Assembly (NCBI GenBank): GCA_965263035.1 | Contig: OZ253580.1 | Location: 5,568,001 to 5,632,000 of the forward strand | Reading direction: 5' to 3' | Origin: Acidobacteriota bacterium | Lineage (GTDB): Bacteria > Acidobacteriota > UBA6911 > RPQK01 > JAJDTT01 | DNA length: 64,000 bases | Shown here: piece by piece, positions 39,145 to 48,185 of the stretch | How positions within the stretch are numbered: position 1 is the stretch's first letter | Layout: each line of letters begins with the position of its first letter | Notes under the pieces: model-generated | The model's database searches: none | What the model saw: the letters and a program-made list of their open reading frames with translations, nothing else | What the model was told of the DNA's origin: nothing | Translations under genes and position numbers: made by a program

Positions 39145-41060
39145 TCTGGCTGATCCACGACATATTGTTCTTTTGCCCGTCCGATAACACCGTCCAAGTA
39201 AGCTCGGGGTACTCTTCTTCGATACGATGTTCCTTGGCGTCGTGCCGCCATTTCGTCTCTAACGATTCGAGCTACGCGGACGCGTACACCTATAGGTTCT
39301 ACCGCTAGGAGTCGTTTTGTTTCTTTGTCCATCCAAGCCGCATTTCGCTCGATTTCCCAATGTGCCATGTCGGCGGCCGGATCTTCTAGCTCGTCCCAGA
39401 TCCTCACGGCCGCCGTAAAATCGGCCAGAGCCTTCTTATTGTCATCCATAGCGCTACGAACCCGTCCTCGTTGTAGGTATGCACGAGCCATAATTTCGGA
39501 ATTCTGCGCGTCTTTTTCACTGGTTCTTGCCGCCAGCACTTCCGTATAGATGCTCTCAGCACTTCGGCGACTAATGTGTGTCATTAGATCACCCTTTACG
39601 ATCTGCAGATCAAGATAGTCCTTGTTATCTGGGTTGACTAGACGCTGCTCTGCCTCCCCTATTGCCGCACGCGCGGCTTGTCTATTGTTGGCCTCAAGGT
39701 ACGTACGAGCCAGGAGGCTGTAGCAGTCCCCTACCTCATCCGCCCACTTTAGTGTGGAAAACTCATGGATCGCCTTGCGCAAATGTTCGACACTTTCCTC
39801 AAGCAGTCGAGATTTCCGGTCAGCGTCCCGAGCAATTTCCGACTCCATACGTTTTAGGCGTCCAATACATTTGTAGCAGAATGCCGTGTTTCGATCCGAA
39901 TGGATGGCCACGCCCAGTCTCAGACTGTGTTCGGCGTGGGTAACGGCTGCGGATAGACGTCCAGTCCGCTGGTAGACCCAAGAAACTCCACAAATTGTTG
40001 CAATGGCTTCGTCTTTGACTCGCTCCCGTCCACGTCCCTCTACCTTCGATGCCTCAATGGAACGCCGGGCAATGTCCAGGACGAGGCGCTTTTTACCGGA
40101 CGATTTCAGATAGGATTGAATAATCCGGAATGTGCTTGATATTTGCACTGACGCAGTCCGAATGTCAGCTGTCATAGTAAGCTTAACGACATTCATCATC
40201 TGCGCCCGACGGGTCGCATTGTGGTGGTCTTTAATAAAGTTGAGGGAAGCTTCAAGGGCTAAAGTTATCAAACGTTTTGAGGGGTCTGGAATACCATCAG
40301 AAAATCGATCTTCTACGGTTACTGTGGTTTCCTCGATCTTGAGAAAACCGATTTGCACCAGCCGCTGTAGCGCCGTCGGAACCTGCGCAATCTCGCGACC
40401 AATTACACGAGCAACTACTTTAATGGGTAGAGGATCGGGGCACAGGCTGAGTAACGCGCTTGCTCTCGATTCGCATGCGTCAAGACGGGGTAAGCGCCTA
40501 GGTACGTTGCCAAGTGGTGGCCTTGACACCCGAGGTTGGTTCGTCAGGGCACGATGAAGTTCGCCGTACCCGGATTCTGTGCTGAGGTCGTAGTAGGTTG
40601 CGCTCTTTAGTAAAGACGGGATGTAGTCGACGTCTGCTTGATCAAGTACGACTGGAATCACTCGGTGGTTTGCCCCGGCATCATATAGGCTTTGCAGGAT
40701 CATTCGTCCTTCCCACCTCGCTCCCTTACCCTTTCCAGGAGTTTCGTTGCCGTCGAAGCGTCGCTCGAACGTTTCAGTGCACACGGCGATGACGAAATCT
40801 GAATTCTCTATTTTTCTCTTCATCCAGAGAGGCCATCCTTCAGGTGGAGACACCTCGAATCTGTCGATCTCACAGTCGACGCCCTCGGCCCTTAATTTCT
40901 TCACCAAATCAAGTACCTGTTCATTGTGTTCCGCTGTCTCATGGGTATAAGTGATGAATGCAGTTGGCGGCCGCTTGTCACGTGAGGAGTCGAGAGGAGG
41001 AACGGCCCCGCCAAAGGGAAGCGGAGGTGACGATAATCTCAGGCGCGGTCGGTTTGGCAT
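39138..41060 (-). CDS. SEFIR/TIR-domain protein with winged-helix-like middle and TPR-like C-terminus
   Basis: AFITYTHE..EH...VL.L...LR..GVDCEID.F...PPEGWP.WM...I..SDFVIAVCT, GKGARWEG; helical Ala-rich TPR-like repeats (EVGDCYSLLARTY, ARAYLQRGRV). Confidence 0.85.
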   Translation of the reverse strand: MPNRPRLRLSSPPLPFGGAVPPLDSSRDKRPPTAFITYTHETAEHNEQVLDLVKKLRAEGVDCEIDRFEVSPPEGWPLWMKRKIENSDFVIAVCTETFERRFDGNETPGKGKGARWEGRMILQSLYDAGANHRVIPVVLDQADVDYIPSLLKSATYYDLSTESGYGELHRALTNQPRVSRPPLGNVPRRLPRLDACESRASALLSLCPDPLPIKVVARVIGREIAQVPTALQRLVQIGFLKIEETTVTVEDRFSDGIPDPSKRLITLALEASLNFIKDHHNATRRAQMMNVVKLTMTADIRTASVQISSTFRIIQSYLKSSGKKRLVLDIARRSIEASKVEGRGRERVKDEAIATICGVSWVYQRTGRLSAAVTHAEHSLRLGVAIHSDRNTAFCYKCIGRLKRMESEIARDADRKSRLLEESVEHLRKAIHEFSTLKWADEVGDCYSLLARTYLEANNRQAARAAIGEAEQRLVNPDNKDYLDLQIVKGDLMTHISRRSAESIYTEVLAARTSEKDAQNSEIMARAYLQRGRVRSAMDDNKKALADFTAAVRIWDELEDPAADMAHWEIERNAAWMDKETKRLLAVEPIGVRVRVARIVRDEMAARRQGTSYRRRVPRAYLDGVIGRAKEQYVVDQPEW

Positions 41061-41199
41061 TTAATAAGTATAGATCATGTGATCCGGTTGCGCTTCAAGA
41101 GTTCCAGATGGAAACTGCAGACCTGTGCCAGCAGCCGCTTGCGCACATTGGGAAGGCCCGCGCGATGATCCGACGCTTTCGTCCGATTTCGAAATGATG

Positions 41200-41830
41200 A
41201 GCAGTGGGTCATTGCACGTGTTCGCTTCTTTGGAGCTGCAAACGATGGCCTTGGCCAGACCACCGACACATCCTCTTGGGCCGTCCAGAGCGTCTCTGCC
41301 ATTGCTTTTGTGTCACCGGGCTACGCCTTAGCACGTTCATAGCCACCACCACCGCCTCCACGTCTACCGCCTCTTTCGCCTTGTAAGCCCGGCGGGACCA
41401 ACCATCCTTGATCATTTTGGTCTTGGCGTCCGAGTTACGGGAATTCTTTCACTCCTGGTTGCTCGTGTTCTTGCGCTTGCGTTTCCGTTCGAATCGCACC
41501 CAGTCTGCCCGAGTCGGATTCTTCACTCCCGAGGTCGTCGTCGATCCCTTTACGAACGTCTCGCAGCATCCCCCCACACCCTCACGGACGATGCTTAGCA
41601 TCGCTGGATTCGCATTCAACAGCGTTGCACCAGCCCCAATCGGTCGTCCCCACATCTGCCTTATCTCCGCGAGGCGTTCCAGCATCCAGGCGAACACCGC
41701 CCGGTACGTCTCCGTGTCGATGGATCGCCGGACCCGCGACGGAGTTAACTCCACCTTGGCCGAAAACCGAACCGAAACCTATCCGGTCGAACAGCACGTC
41801 GTCCGCCGCGAAGCGCACCGCCACAGCATT
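41200..41830 (-). mobile_element. Degenerate IS1182-like DDE transposase fragment
   Basis: RRSIDTETYRAVFAWMLERL...ATLLNANPAMLSIVR...PTRADWVRFERKRK..TSN / KDG...AYKAKEAVDVE; stops and frameshifts; first catalytic Asp appears lost. Confidence 0.7.
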
Positions 41831-42133
41831 TCTTCGCGTGAGGAATGACGCGAAATGGAAGCAGTGTCAGAACAACCTTCGGAAGATCATCGACTACCCG
41901 ACCAATGGTGAGGTGACCCCAATCTACACCTACGCGATGGCTGACCTTCTCGTAGCCGACCCTTGTCCGCTAAGAACCGAGTATTGGCCTTGATAGAATG
42001 AATCGCGCTCGCCGATTGCGGATCGGTCTTCGTCTCTTGCGGAATGTATCCCGTCAGTTATTCCGAGTTCGCATCATCTCTAATTCCGCCCCGCCCCGCC
42101 CCGATGTGCATAATGGATGGCGGGGAGGGACGC

Positions 42134-42934
42134 ATGAGACTCAAGGACAAGGTGGCGTTGGTGACGGGGTCTTCGGGGGGACTGGGCACCGGCATCTGCC
42201 GGGCCTTCGCCGCGGAGGGCGCCGACTGTGTCGTGAATTACAACAGCGACCGGGCGGGGGGACAGGAGACCGCCGACTTGGTGGAGCACCTCGGCAGGAA
42301 GAGCCTCCTGGTCCAGGCTGACATCTCCCGGGAAGACCAGGTCCAGGCCATGGTGGATGCGGCGTTGGAACGCTTCGGCCGCCTGGACGTCGTCGTGGCC
42401 AATGCCGGCTATGGTCTGGCCAAGCCGTTGCTGGAAACCCGGGTGGAAGAGTTCGAGAAACTGGTCAGGACCAACCTCATCGGGACCTACCTGACGGTCC
42501 GCATCGGGGCCCAGGCCATGAAGTCGCAGGGCAGCGGCAAGATCATCACCATGTCCTCGGTCCACGGACTGGGCGGGACCCACTACTGCTCCCTCTACGA
42601 AGCCACCAAGGCGGGGATTCTCAACTTCACCCGCGGCGCCGCCTTCGACCTGGGGGAATACAACATCCAGGTCAACTGCATCGCGCCGGGAGCCGTGCCC
42701 GTACCCAAGGACCCGCCTCCGGACAAGGACGGTGCTCTGTACAAGGCCTGGATGCAGTACACGCCCCTCTCCCGTTTCGGAACACCGGCAGACGTGGCGG
42801 GAGCGGCGGTCTTTCTGGCCTGCAGCGACAGCGACTGGATCACTGGGCAGGTCATCGTGGTGGATGGCGGCATCACCGCCGGCCATCTCATCCCCTCCTT
42901 CAAATACTACGGCGCCAAACCCCGAATGGACTGA
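42134..42934 (+). CDS. SDR oxidoreductase (FabG/glucose dehydrogenase-like)
   Basis: TGSSGGLG, ANAG, YEATK, NCIAPG, ITGQVIVVDGG; GGAGG SD. Confidence 0.92.
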   Translation: MRLKDKVALVTGSSGGLGTGICRAFAAEGADCVVNYNSDRAGGQETADLVEHLGRKSLLVQADISREDQVQAMVDAALERFGRLDVVVANAGYGLAKPLLETRVEEFEKLVRTNLIGTYLTVRIGAQAMKSQGSGKIITMSSVHGLGGTHYCSLYEATKAGILNFTRGAAFDLGEYNIQVNCIAPGAVPVPKDPPPDKDGALYKAWMQYTPLSRFGTPADVAGAAVFLACSDSDWITGQVIVVDGGITAGHLIPSFKYYGAKPRMD

Positions 42935-44076
42935 TCCGAGAACTCCTGGCGCCGAGCCACGACTCTGCGGACCAACTCGTCTCCCACCACCCCCGCCAGG
43001 ATGACGCCTCCGATGATGGCGAATTCCAGTTGGGTGGGGATCCCCAGGAGGTTGATGGCGTTGTAGAGGACCCGCATGACCGCGGCTCCCAGCACCACGC
43101 CCAGGATCGAGCCCTCGCCTCCTCGCAGGCTGCATCCGCCCAACACCGCCGCCGCAATGGCGTAGAGCTCGTAGAAGTTGCCGTGTCCCGACGGCTGGAT
43201 GGAATTCATGTCCAGGGCGAAGAGGATGCCGCCGATGCCGGCCATGACGGAGCAGATGACGTAGGCCAGGATCACCATGCGGTCGGTGTCGATCCCGCTG
43301 TAGCGGGCGGCCTCCCGGTTCCGGCCCAGGGCCAGCAGGTAACGGCCGTAGATGGTCTGGTTCAGGAAGAGTCCCGCCGCCAACGCCAGCACGATCATGA
43401 TCAGAAAGGGGGCCGGGACCAGGATCCGGGAAAGGGGATCGATGTCGCCCAACCGGACCGCGACGCCGGCCAGAACCAGCAGGGCTCCTGCCGCCGCACC
43501 CAACCAGCGTGTCTTCGCCGCCGGGGAATCGGACTCGGTGCGCCTCCGGATTCTCCGGACCAGGGTCCAGATCAGAATGGCCGCTCCGGCCGCGGCGGCC
43601 AGAACCGCCATGGTGACGGGCTTGCCGGTGGCCAACTGCTTGAGTTCCTGGAACCCGTTTCCGAACCCCTGGGTCTGGTCTGCCGTCAGATAGCGGGCGA
43701 ACCCCCGGTACAGGAGCAGGCCGCAGAGGGTGACCACGAAGGGTTGGAGCCTCAGCCGGGTGACCAGGAGTCCGTGAGCCAGTCCGACCAGGAGGCAGAC
43801 GGCGAGGACCGCCGCCAGGGCAACGCCGGCTCCCAGGCCCCGGTGGACCAGGAGCAATGGGAGCAGACACCCCACCAGGCCCACCAGGGAGCCGATGGAG
43901 AGATCGATTCCGCCCGTGATGATGACGAAGGCCACACCGATGCTCAGAATCCCGAACAGCGAAGTCCAACGGATGATGTTCTGCAGGTTGTAAGGCGTGA
44001 GGAAGTCCGGGTTCATCAGCGCGCTGAAGGCGGAGACCGCCAGCAACAGGAGCAGAATGCCCCGCGACTTGTTCAT
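42907..44076 (-). CDS. Monosaccharide ABC transporter permease (RbsC-like)
   Basis: GGIDLSIG, YGRYLLALGRN, YELYAIAAAVLGG; start MNKSRG overlaps the ATPase stop. Confidence 0.92.
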   Translation of the reverse strand: MNKSRGILLLLLAVSAFSALMNPDFLTPYNLQNIIRWTSLFGILSIGVAFVIITGGIDLSIGSLVGLVGCLLPLLLVHRGLGAGVALAAVLAVCLLVGLAHGLLVTRLRLQPFVVTLCGLLLYRGFARYLTADQTQGFGNGFQELKQLATGKPVTMAVLAAAAGAAILIWTLVRRIRRRTESDSPAAKTRWLGAAAGALLVLAGVAVRLGDIDPLSRILVPAPFLIMIVLALAAGLFLNQTIYGRYLLALGRNREAARYSGIDTDRMVILAYVICSVMAGIGGILFALDMNSIQPSGHGNFYELYAIAAAVLGGCSLRGGEGSILGVVLGAAVMRVLYNAINLLGIPTQLEFAIIGGVILAGVVGDELVRRVVARRQEFSDQSIRGLAP

Positions 44077-45575
44077 GCGGCTGCCTCCGGGGAGGTGGCC
44101 AGGCGGGCAACCGTTTCTTCCTGGAGGTCTGCCTGGGACAGCTCCCCGCTGATCCGCCCTTCGTGCATCACCAGGACCCGCCGCGAGAGTCTCAGGATCT
44201 CCTCCATCTCGCTGCTGGCGAAGAGGATGGCGGTCCCTTCCTCGGAGAGCGCTTCGATCAGGTGATAGATCTCCTGTTTGGAGCCGACGTCGATGCCGCG
44301 AGTGGGCTCGTCCAGGAGCAGGATCTTCGGTTTCAGGGAAAGCCACTTGGCCAGAACCACCTTCTGCTGGTTTCCGCCCGAGAGGTGCTCGGTGGTGGCT
44401 TCGGCGCCGGGCGTTCGGATTTCCAGTCGGGCGATCATCCGGGCCGCTTGGCGCCGGTGAAGACGGCGGTTGATGAAGCCGCCCCGGAGCCGATGGTGTC
44501 TCAGGGAGGCCAGTGAGATGTTCTCCTCCACACCCATTCGGAGGATCAGACCCTGTTGTTTCCGGTCCTCGGGGACCAGGGCGATGCCGTTCCGGATCCC
44601 CTCGATGGGGTTGGAGATCCGGGCCGGTGTGCCGTCGATCCAAATCCTGCCGCCCAAGGCCGGCTCGGTGCCGAAGAGGGCGCCCAGCAGCGCGCTGCGG
44701 CCCGATCCCAGCAGCCCGGCCATGCCGACGATCTCCCCGGCTCCCACCTCCAGGTCGAGACGGTGCCCCGGATGTTCCCGAGTCCGCAGGTCCCGGACCT
44801 CCAGGCGGACCGGGCCCTGCTGATCTGGGACCTGACCGTAATAGCTGGAGATGTCCCGGCCCACCATGAGCCGCACCATGCGGTCGTGATCGATCTCATC
44901 TTTGGCCAACTCGCCGGCGTTGGAGCCGTCGCGCAGCACCAGGACCCGGTCGGCCAACTCCTTGACCTCGCCCAGCCGGTGAGAGATGTAGATCACCGCC
45001 GCACCTTCGGCTCGAAGCTTCCGAACGTTCCGAAACAGGTTCCGAGTCTCGCCTTGGGAGAGGCTCGACGTGGGCTCGTCCATGATCAGGACCCGGGACC
45101 GGGCCGCCAGCGCCCGCGCGATCTCCACCAGCTGCCGCTGGCCCATGGAGAGTCGGGCGACTTTGGTCGCCGGAGAGCAGTCGAGCCCGATCCGTTCCAG
45201 AATCGGCTGGGCCGCCTGCTCCAGCCGGCGATGGTTGAGGAACCCGAAGCGATGGGGCTCCCGGCCCAGGAAAATGTTGGCCGTCACGTCCAGGTTGTCC
45301 GAAAGGTTCAGTTCCTGGTGGATGAGGTTCACCCCGAGACCGGCAGCGGTCTGGACGGACCCCATTTGGACGGAGGATCCATCCATGAGGATCTGTCCCG
45401 AGTCCTGGACTTCCTCGCCCGCCAGGATCTTGACCAGGGTGCTCTTGCCGGCCCCGTTTTCGCCCACCAGAGCCAGGACCTCGCCGCCGTGAACCTGGAG
45501 ATCCGCACGTTCCAGAGCCACGGCCCCCGGAAATCGTTTGCTGATCTTCCGGGCTTCGAGGACCGGTGCCGCCAT
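44073..45575 (-). CDS. Monosaccharide ABC transporter ATPase (RbsA-like)
   Basis: GENGAGKST, LSGGNQQK, DEPTRGIDVG. Confidence 0.95.
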   Translation of the reverse strand: MAAPVLEARKISKRFPGAVALERADLQVHGGEVLALVGENGAGKSTLVKILAGEEVQDSGQILMDGSSVQMGSVQTAAGLGVNLIHQELNLSDNLDVTANIFLGREPHRFGFLNHRRLEQAAQPILERIGLDCSPATKVARLSMGQRQLVEIARALAARSRVLIMDEPTSSLSQGETRNLFRNVRKLRAEGAAVIYISHRLGEVKELADRVLVLRDGSNAGELAKDEIDHDRMVRLMVGRDISSYYGQVPDQQGPVRLEVRDLRTREHPGHRLDLEVGAGEIVGMAGLLGSGRSALLGALFGTEPALGGRIWIDGTPARISNPIEGIRNGIALVPEDRKQQGLILRMGVEENISLASLRHHRLRGGFINRRLHRRQAARMIARLEIRTPGAEATTEHLSGGNQQKVVLAKWLSLKPKILLLDEPTRGIDVGSKQEIYHLIEALSEEGTAILFASSEMEEILRLSRRVLVMHEGRISGELSQADLQEETVARLATSPEAAA

Positions 45576-45612
45576 GGAAGGTGTCGCTGCGGGGCAGGGA
45601 ATTGCGCCGGAA

Positions 45613-46629
45613 TCAGGGGGTTGGGCCCTTCGCCTCCGCCATCTTGCGCTTCAGATCGTCCCAGAATTCCCGGACGTTGTCCGCGCGAATCGTCTGGGCC
45701 GGGATATCCAGAAAGCCGTTCTCGGGAAGGACGCTACGGTCTCCTTGGGCCAATCCCGCCAGAATCCGCACCGACTCGTAGCCGTACTGGTAGGGCTGCT
45801 GGACCACGGTGCCGTGGATCCGGCCGTCCACGATGCCCTGCAAGGTCGCGTCGGCCTCGTCGAAACCCACCAGGTGGATCCCGTCCACCCCGGCCTGCTC
45901 CAGAGCCACCAGGCAGGCGGGCGGGTTGTAGGCGAAGAGTCCGACCATGCAGCCCAGATCGGGATAGCGGGCAATGGCGTCCTCGCAATTGGCTTTGGCC
46001 TTGGCTTGGTCGAACTGGTCGGTCCGCGTGTCCAGGATGGTGTAACGCTCACCCTTCAGAACCGCGTTCGGGGGGTCGACGGCACCCATGGTCTCTCCCG
46101 GGCGGTCCAGCAACTCGTCGATCACTCCCTGTCTTCTCTGGGAGGCGTTGAGCTGCTCCAGCCGGCCGACGAAGAGCATCACCGAGCCCCCCTCGGGCAT
46201 GGCTTCCCGGACCAGCTTTCCCACCAGGCGGCCCGCCTTGTAGTTGTCCATCCCCACGTAGCAGAGCCGCCGGGTCCGGGGCGCGTCCGAGTCCTGGGTG
46301 ATGACGGTGGTGTGGTCGCAGGCTTCGTTGATCAGGTCTTCCTGGTTGTCCGGGTCGATGGGACTGATGGCGATGCCGTCGATTCCCTGGGCCAGCAGAT
46401 CCTCGACGATCCGTTTCTGGTCCAGCACCCCTTCCACCGGCATCCGCACGTCCACGTCCACGTCCAGGTCGCGGCCCGCCTTGAGCGCCCCGGCTTCAGC
46501 GATGGTCCAGAAGGAGGCGACCCCGTTGGACACGTAAGCCAATTTGGGCCTCTGAGTGTCCGGTCGAGATCCGGTGCAGGCGACCGTCGGCAGCAGGCAG
46601 AGAATGGCGAGGAGGATCCGGTGGCGCAT
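45613..46629 (-). CDS. Sugar ABC substrate-binding lipoprotein
   Basis: Lipobox TVAC; FW..AEAGA, DSDAP, GMDNYKAG, VQQPYQYGY. Confidence 0.92.
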   Translation of the reverse strand: MRHRILLAILCLLPTVACTGSRPDTQRPKLAYVSNGVASFWTIAEAGALKAGRDLDVDVDVRMPVEGVLDQKRIVEDLLAQGIDGIAISPIDPDNQEDLINEACDHTTVITQDSDAPRTRRLCYVGMDNYKAGRLVGKLVREAMPEGGSVMLFVGRLEQLNASQRRQGVIDELLDRPGETMGAVDPPNAVLKGERYTILDTRTDQFDQAKAKANCEDAIARYPDLGCMVGLFAYNPPACLVALEQAGVDGIHLVGFDEADATLQGIVDGRIHGTVVQQPYQYGYESVRILAGLAQGDRSVLPENGFLDIPAQTIRADNVREFWDDLKRKMAEAKGPTP

Positions 46630-46674
46630 GTGCTGATTTCCCGTTCGGGTGCGTGCCGGGCACTCTACAAGATT

Positions 46675-46785
46675 GGAGCGGCGGTTTCCAACCGCCGAAC
46701 TCCCAAGGACTTAAGCGGGTAGGAGAGCATGGGGGAAGGAGCACACGGGGGAGCGGAGGAATAGGCGACTGGAAGTCACCCCTAC
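46675..46785. repeat. Inverted REP pair (REPIN-like)
   Basis: GGAG-CGGCGGTTTCCAACCGCCG on + and GTAG-GGGTGACTTCCAGTCGCC on -. Confidence 0.65.
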
Positions 46786-46826
46786 AGGGTGTCGCTACGT
46801 TTTTTTGAGAGAAGCTGACGTGGGAT

Positions 46827-47975
46827 TCAGACCTCGACCCATGCGCCTCCGTTCCGCGCGGATCGGGCGGCGGCGTGGACCACGGCCAGCGTCCGGACGC
46901 CCTCCTCCCCGGTCGGATACCAGGTCGCGTGCGGATCCGGGTCCCGTCTTTCCTTCCGGGCGCGGATCGCCTCCGCGAGATTCGAGTAGATGTTGGCGAA
47001 TGCTCCCGGCAGTCCCTCGGCGTGGCCCACCGTGATCCGGGAAGCCAGGTTGGCCTCTTCGGAGAGGCGGACATCCCCTCGTTCCAGCGTCCGGGTCGGT
47101 TGCCCCAAAGGGGTCCAATAGAGCTGGTTCGGCTGCTCCTGAACCCAGCGCAGCCCGCCACGCTCTCCGAAGACCCGCAGGGTCAAGCCGTGCTGCTGTC
47201 CGACCGCAACCGCGCTGGTCCAGAGCCGGCCCACCGCTCCGCCGGAGAATCGCAGCGCCAACAGGGCGTCGTCCTCGAGCTCCCGGCTCCTGATGGTGGA
47301 GACGAAATCCGCGGAGACGCGGGTCACGTCGCTCCCGATGACGAAGCAGGCCATGTGGAGCGCGTGCAGGCCGGCATCGGCGAGCACCGAACTCACTCCG
47401 GTCTGCTCCGGATCGTAGCGCCAACGGACCCTGGGGTTGTCCGCGTCGGCGGCATCCGCGTGGGACCCGTGCGAGAACTCCGCCACCACGACCCGGATCC
47501 GCCCCAGCTTACCGTCACGAACCATGGCCCGCGCCTGGCGCACCATCGGGTAGCCGCTATAGCCGTAGTTCACCGCCAGGATCCGGTCCGACTCGCGGGC
47601 CGTCTGCACCAGGTCCTCGCCATCCGCCAGAGTCATCGTCAGCGGCTTCTCGCAAAGCACGTGGAAACCCGCCTCCAGAAACGCCTTGGAGATCTGATGG
47701 TGGGTGGAGTTCGGTGTGGCGACCGTCACCAGGTCGAGCCTGGAGTCCGGCCCGAGGCTCTTTTCGCGCCCCAGCATCCGGCGCCAGTCCCCGTACGCCC
47801 GGTCCTCGGCGATGCCCATGCGGATCGCGAATTCGCGGGCCCGGACCGGGTCGATGTCGAGGGCGCCGGCGACCAGTTCGAAGTGTCCGTCCAGCCGGGC
47901 GCCGATGCGGTGGGGGCCTCCGATCTGGCTCCCCTCGCCGCCTCCCACCAGTCCCCAGTTGAGCTTGCGCGGAAT
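46827..47975 (-). CDS. Gfo/Idh/MocA oxidoreductase, probable ATT start
   Basis: KLNWGLVGGG.GSQIG..H, TPNSTH, CEKPL; TAAGGAGG SD 9 nt before ATT. Confidence 0.85.
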   Translation of the reverse strand: MPRKLNWGLVGGGEGSQIGGPHRIGARLDGHFELVAGALDIDPVRAREFAIRMGIAEDRAYGDWRRMLGREKSLGPDSRLDLVTVATPNSTHHQISKAFLEAGFHVLCEKPLTMTLADGEDLVQTARESDRILAVNYGYSGYPMVRQARAMVRDGKLGRIRVVVAEFSHGSHADAADADNPRVRWRYDPEQTGVSSVLADAGLHALHMACFVIGSDVTRVSADFVSTIRSRELEDDALLALRFSGGAVGRLWTSAVAVGQQHGLTLRVFGERGGLRWVQEQPNQLYWTPLGQPTRTLERGDVRLSEEANLASRITVGHAEGLPGAFANIYSNLAEAIRARKERRDPDPHATWYPTGEEGVRTLAVVHAAARSARNGGAWVEV

Positions 47976-48053
47976 CGCCGCGATCCTCCTTATTCGGCAC
48001 CCGGATCCGCGATTTCTTCGGCGGATTCCAAGCGGATCTCCAATTGGAACACG

Positions 48054-48082
48054 ATCATCACCGCGCCCCGCACGGCTGTCAA
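48054..48082 (-). promoter_or_regulatory. Putative sigma70 promoter of the oxidoreductase/sugar ABC operon
   Basis: TTGACA-N17-GATGAT on the minus strand. Confidence 0.4.
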
Positions 48083-48185
48083 TTTTCTCTCCTCGCCTCT
48101 TCTCTATTTCCTCTTTTTCTCTTTTCTCTTTTCCTTCCGCTGTGCTGTACTGACCCGCAAGCAAGATGAAGAAGGAGGGCTCGCC

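Larger units (their letters stand above)
38248..42112. mobile_element. Low-GC genomic island between SDR direct repeats
   Basis: Visibly more AT-rich with different codon usage; contains an IS relic and defence-like genes; no integrase seen. Confidence 0.7.

Noticed and set aside
41830-42112. Short coding-like fragment at the island's right edge
   Set aside because: Too short and unidentifiable; no att site or integrase recognised.
37619-42762. SDR duplicate as a DGR TR/VR pair
   Set aside because: Differences are mostly synonymous and not adenine-specific; no reverse transcriptase.
46875-48185. N-terminal extension of the 1370-aa ORF
   Set aside because: Antisense to the Gfo/Idh/MocA gene; the SD and signal peptide are at 48186.
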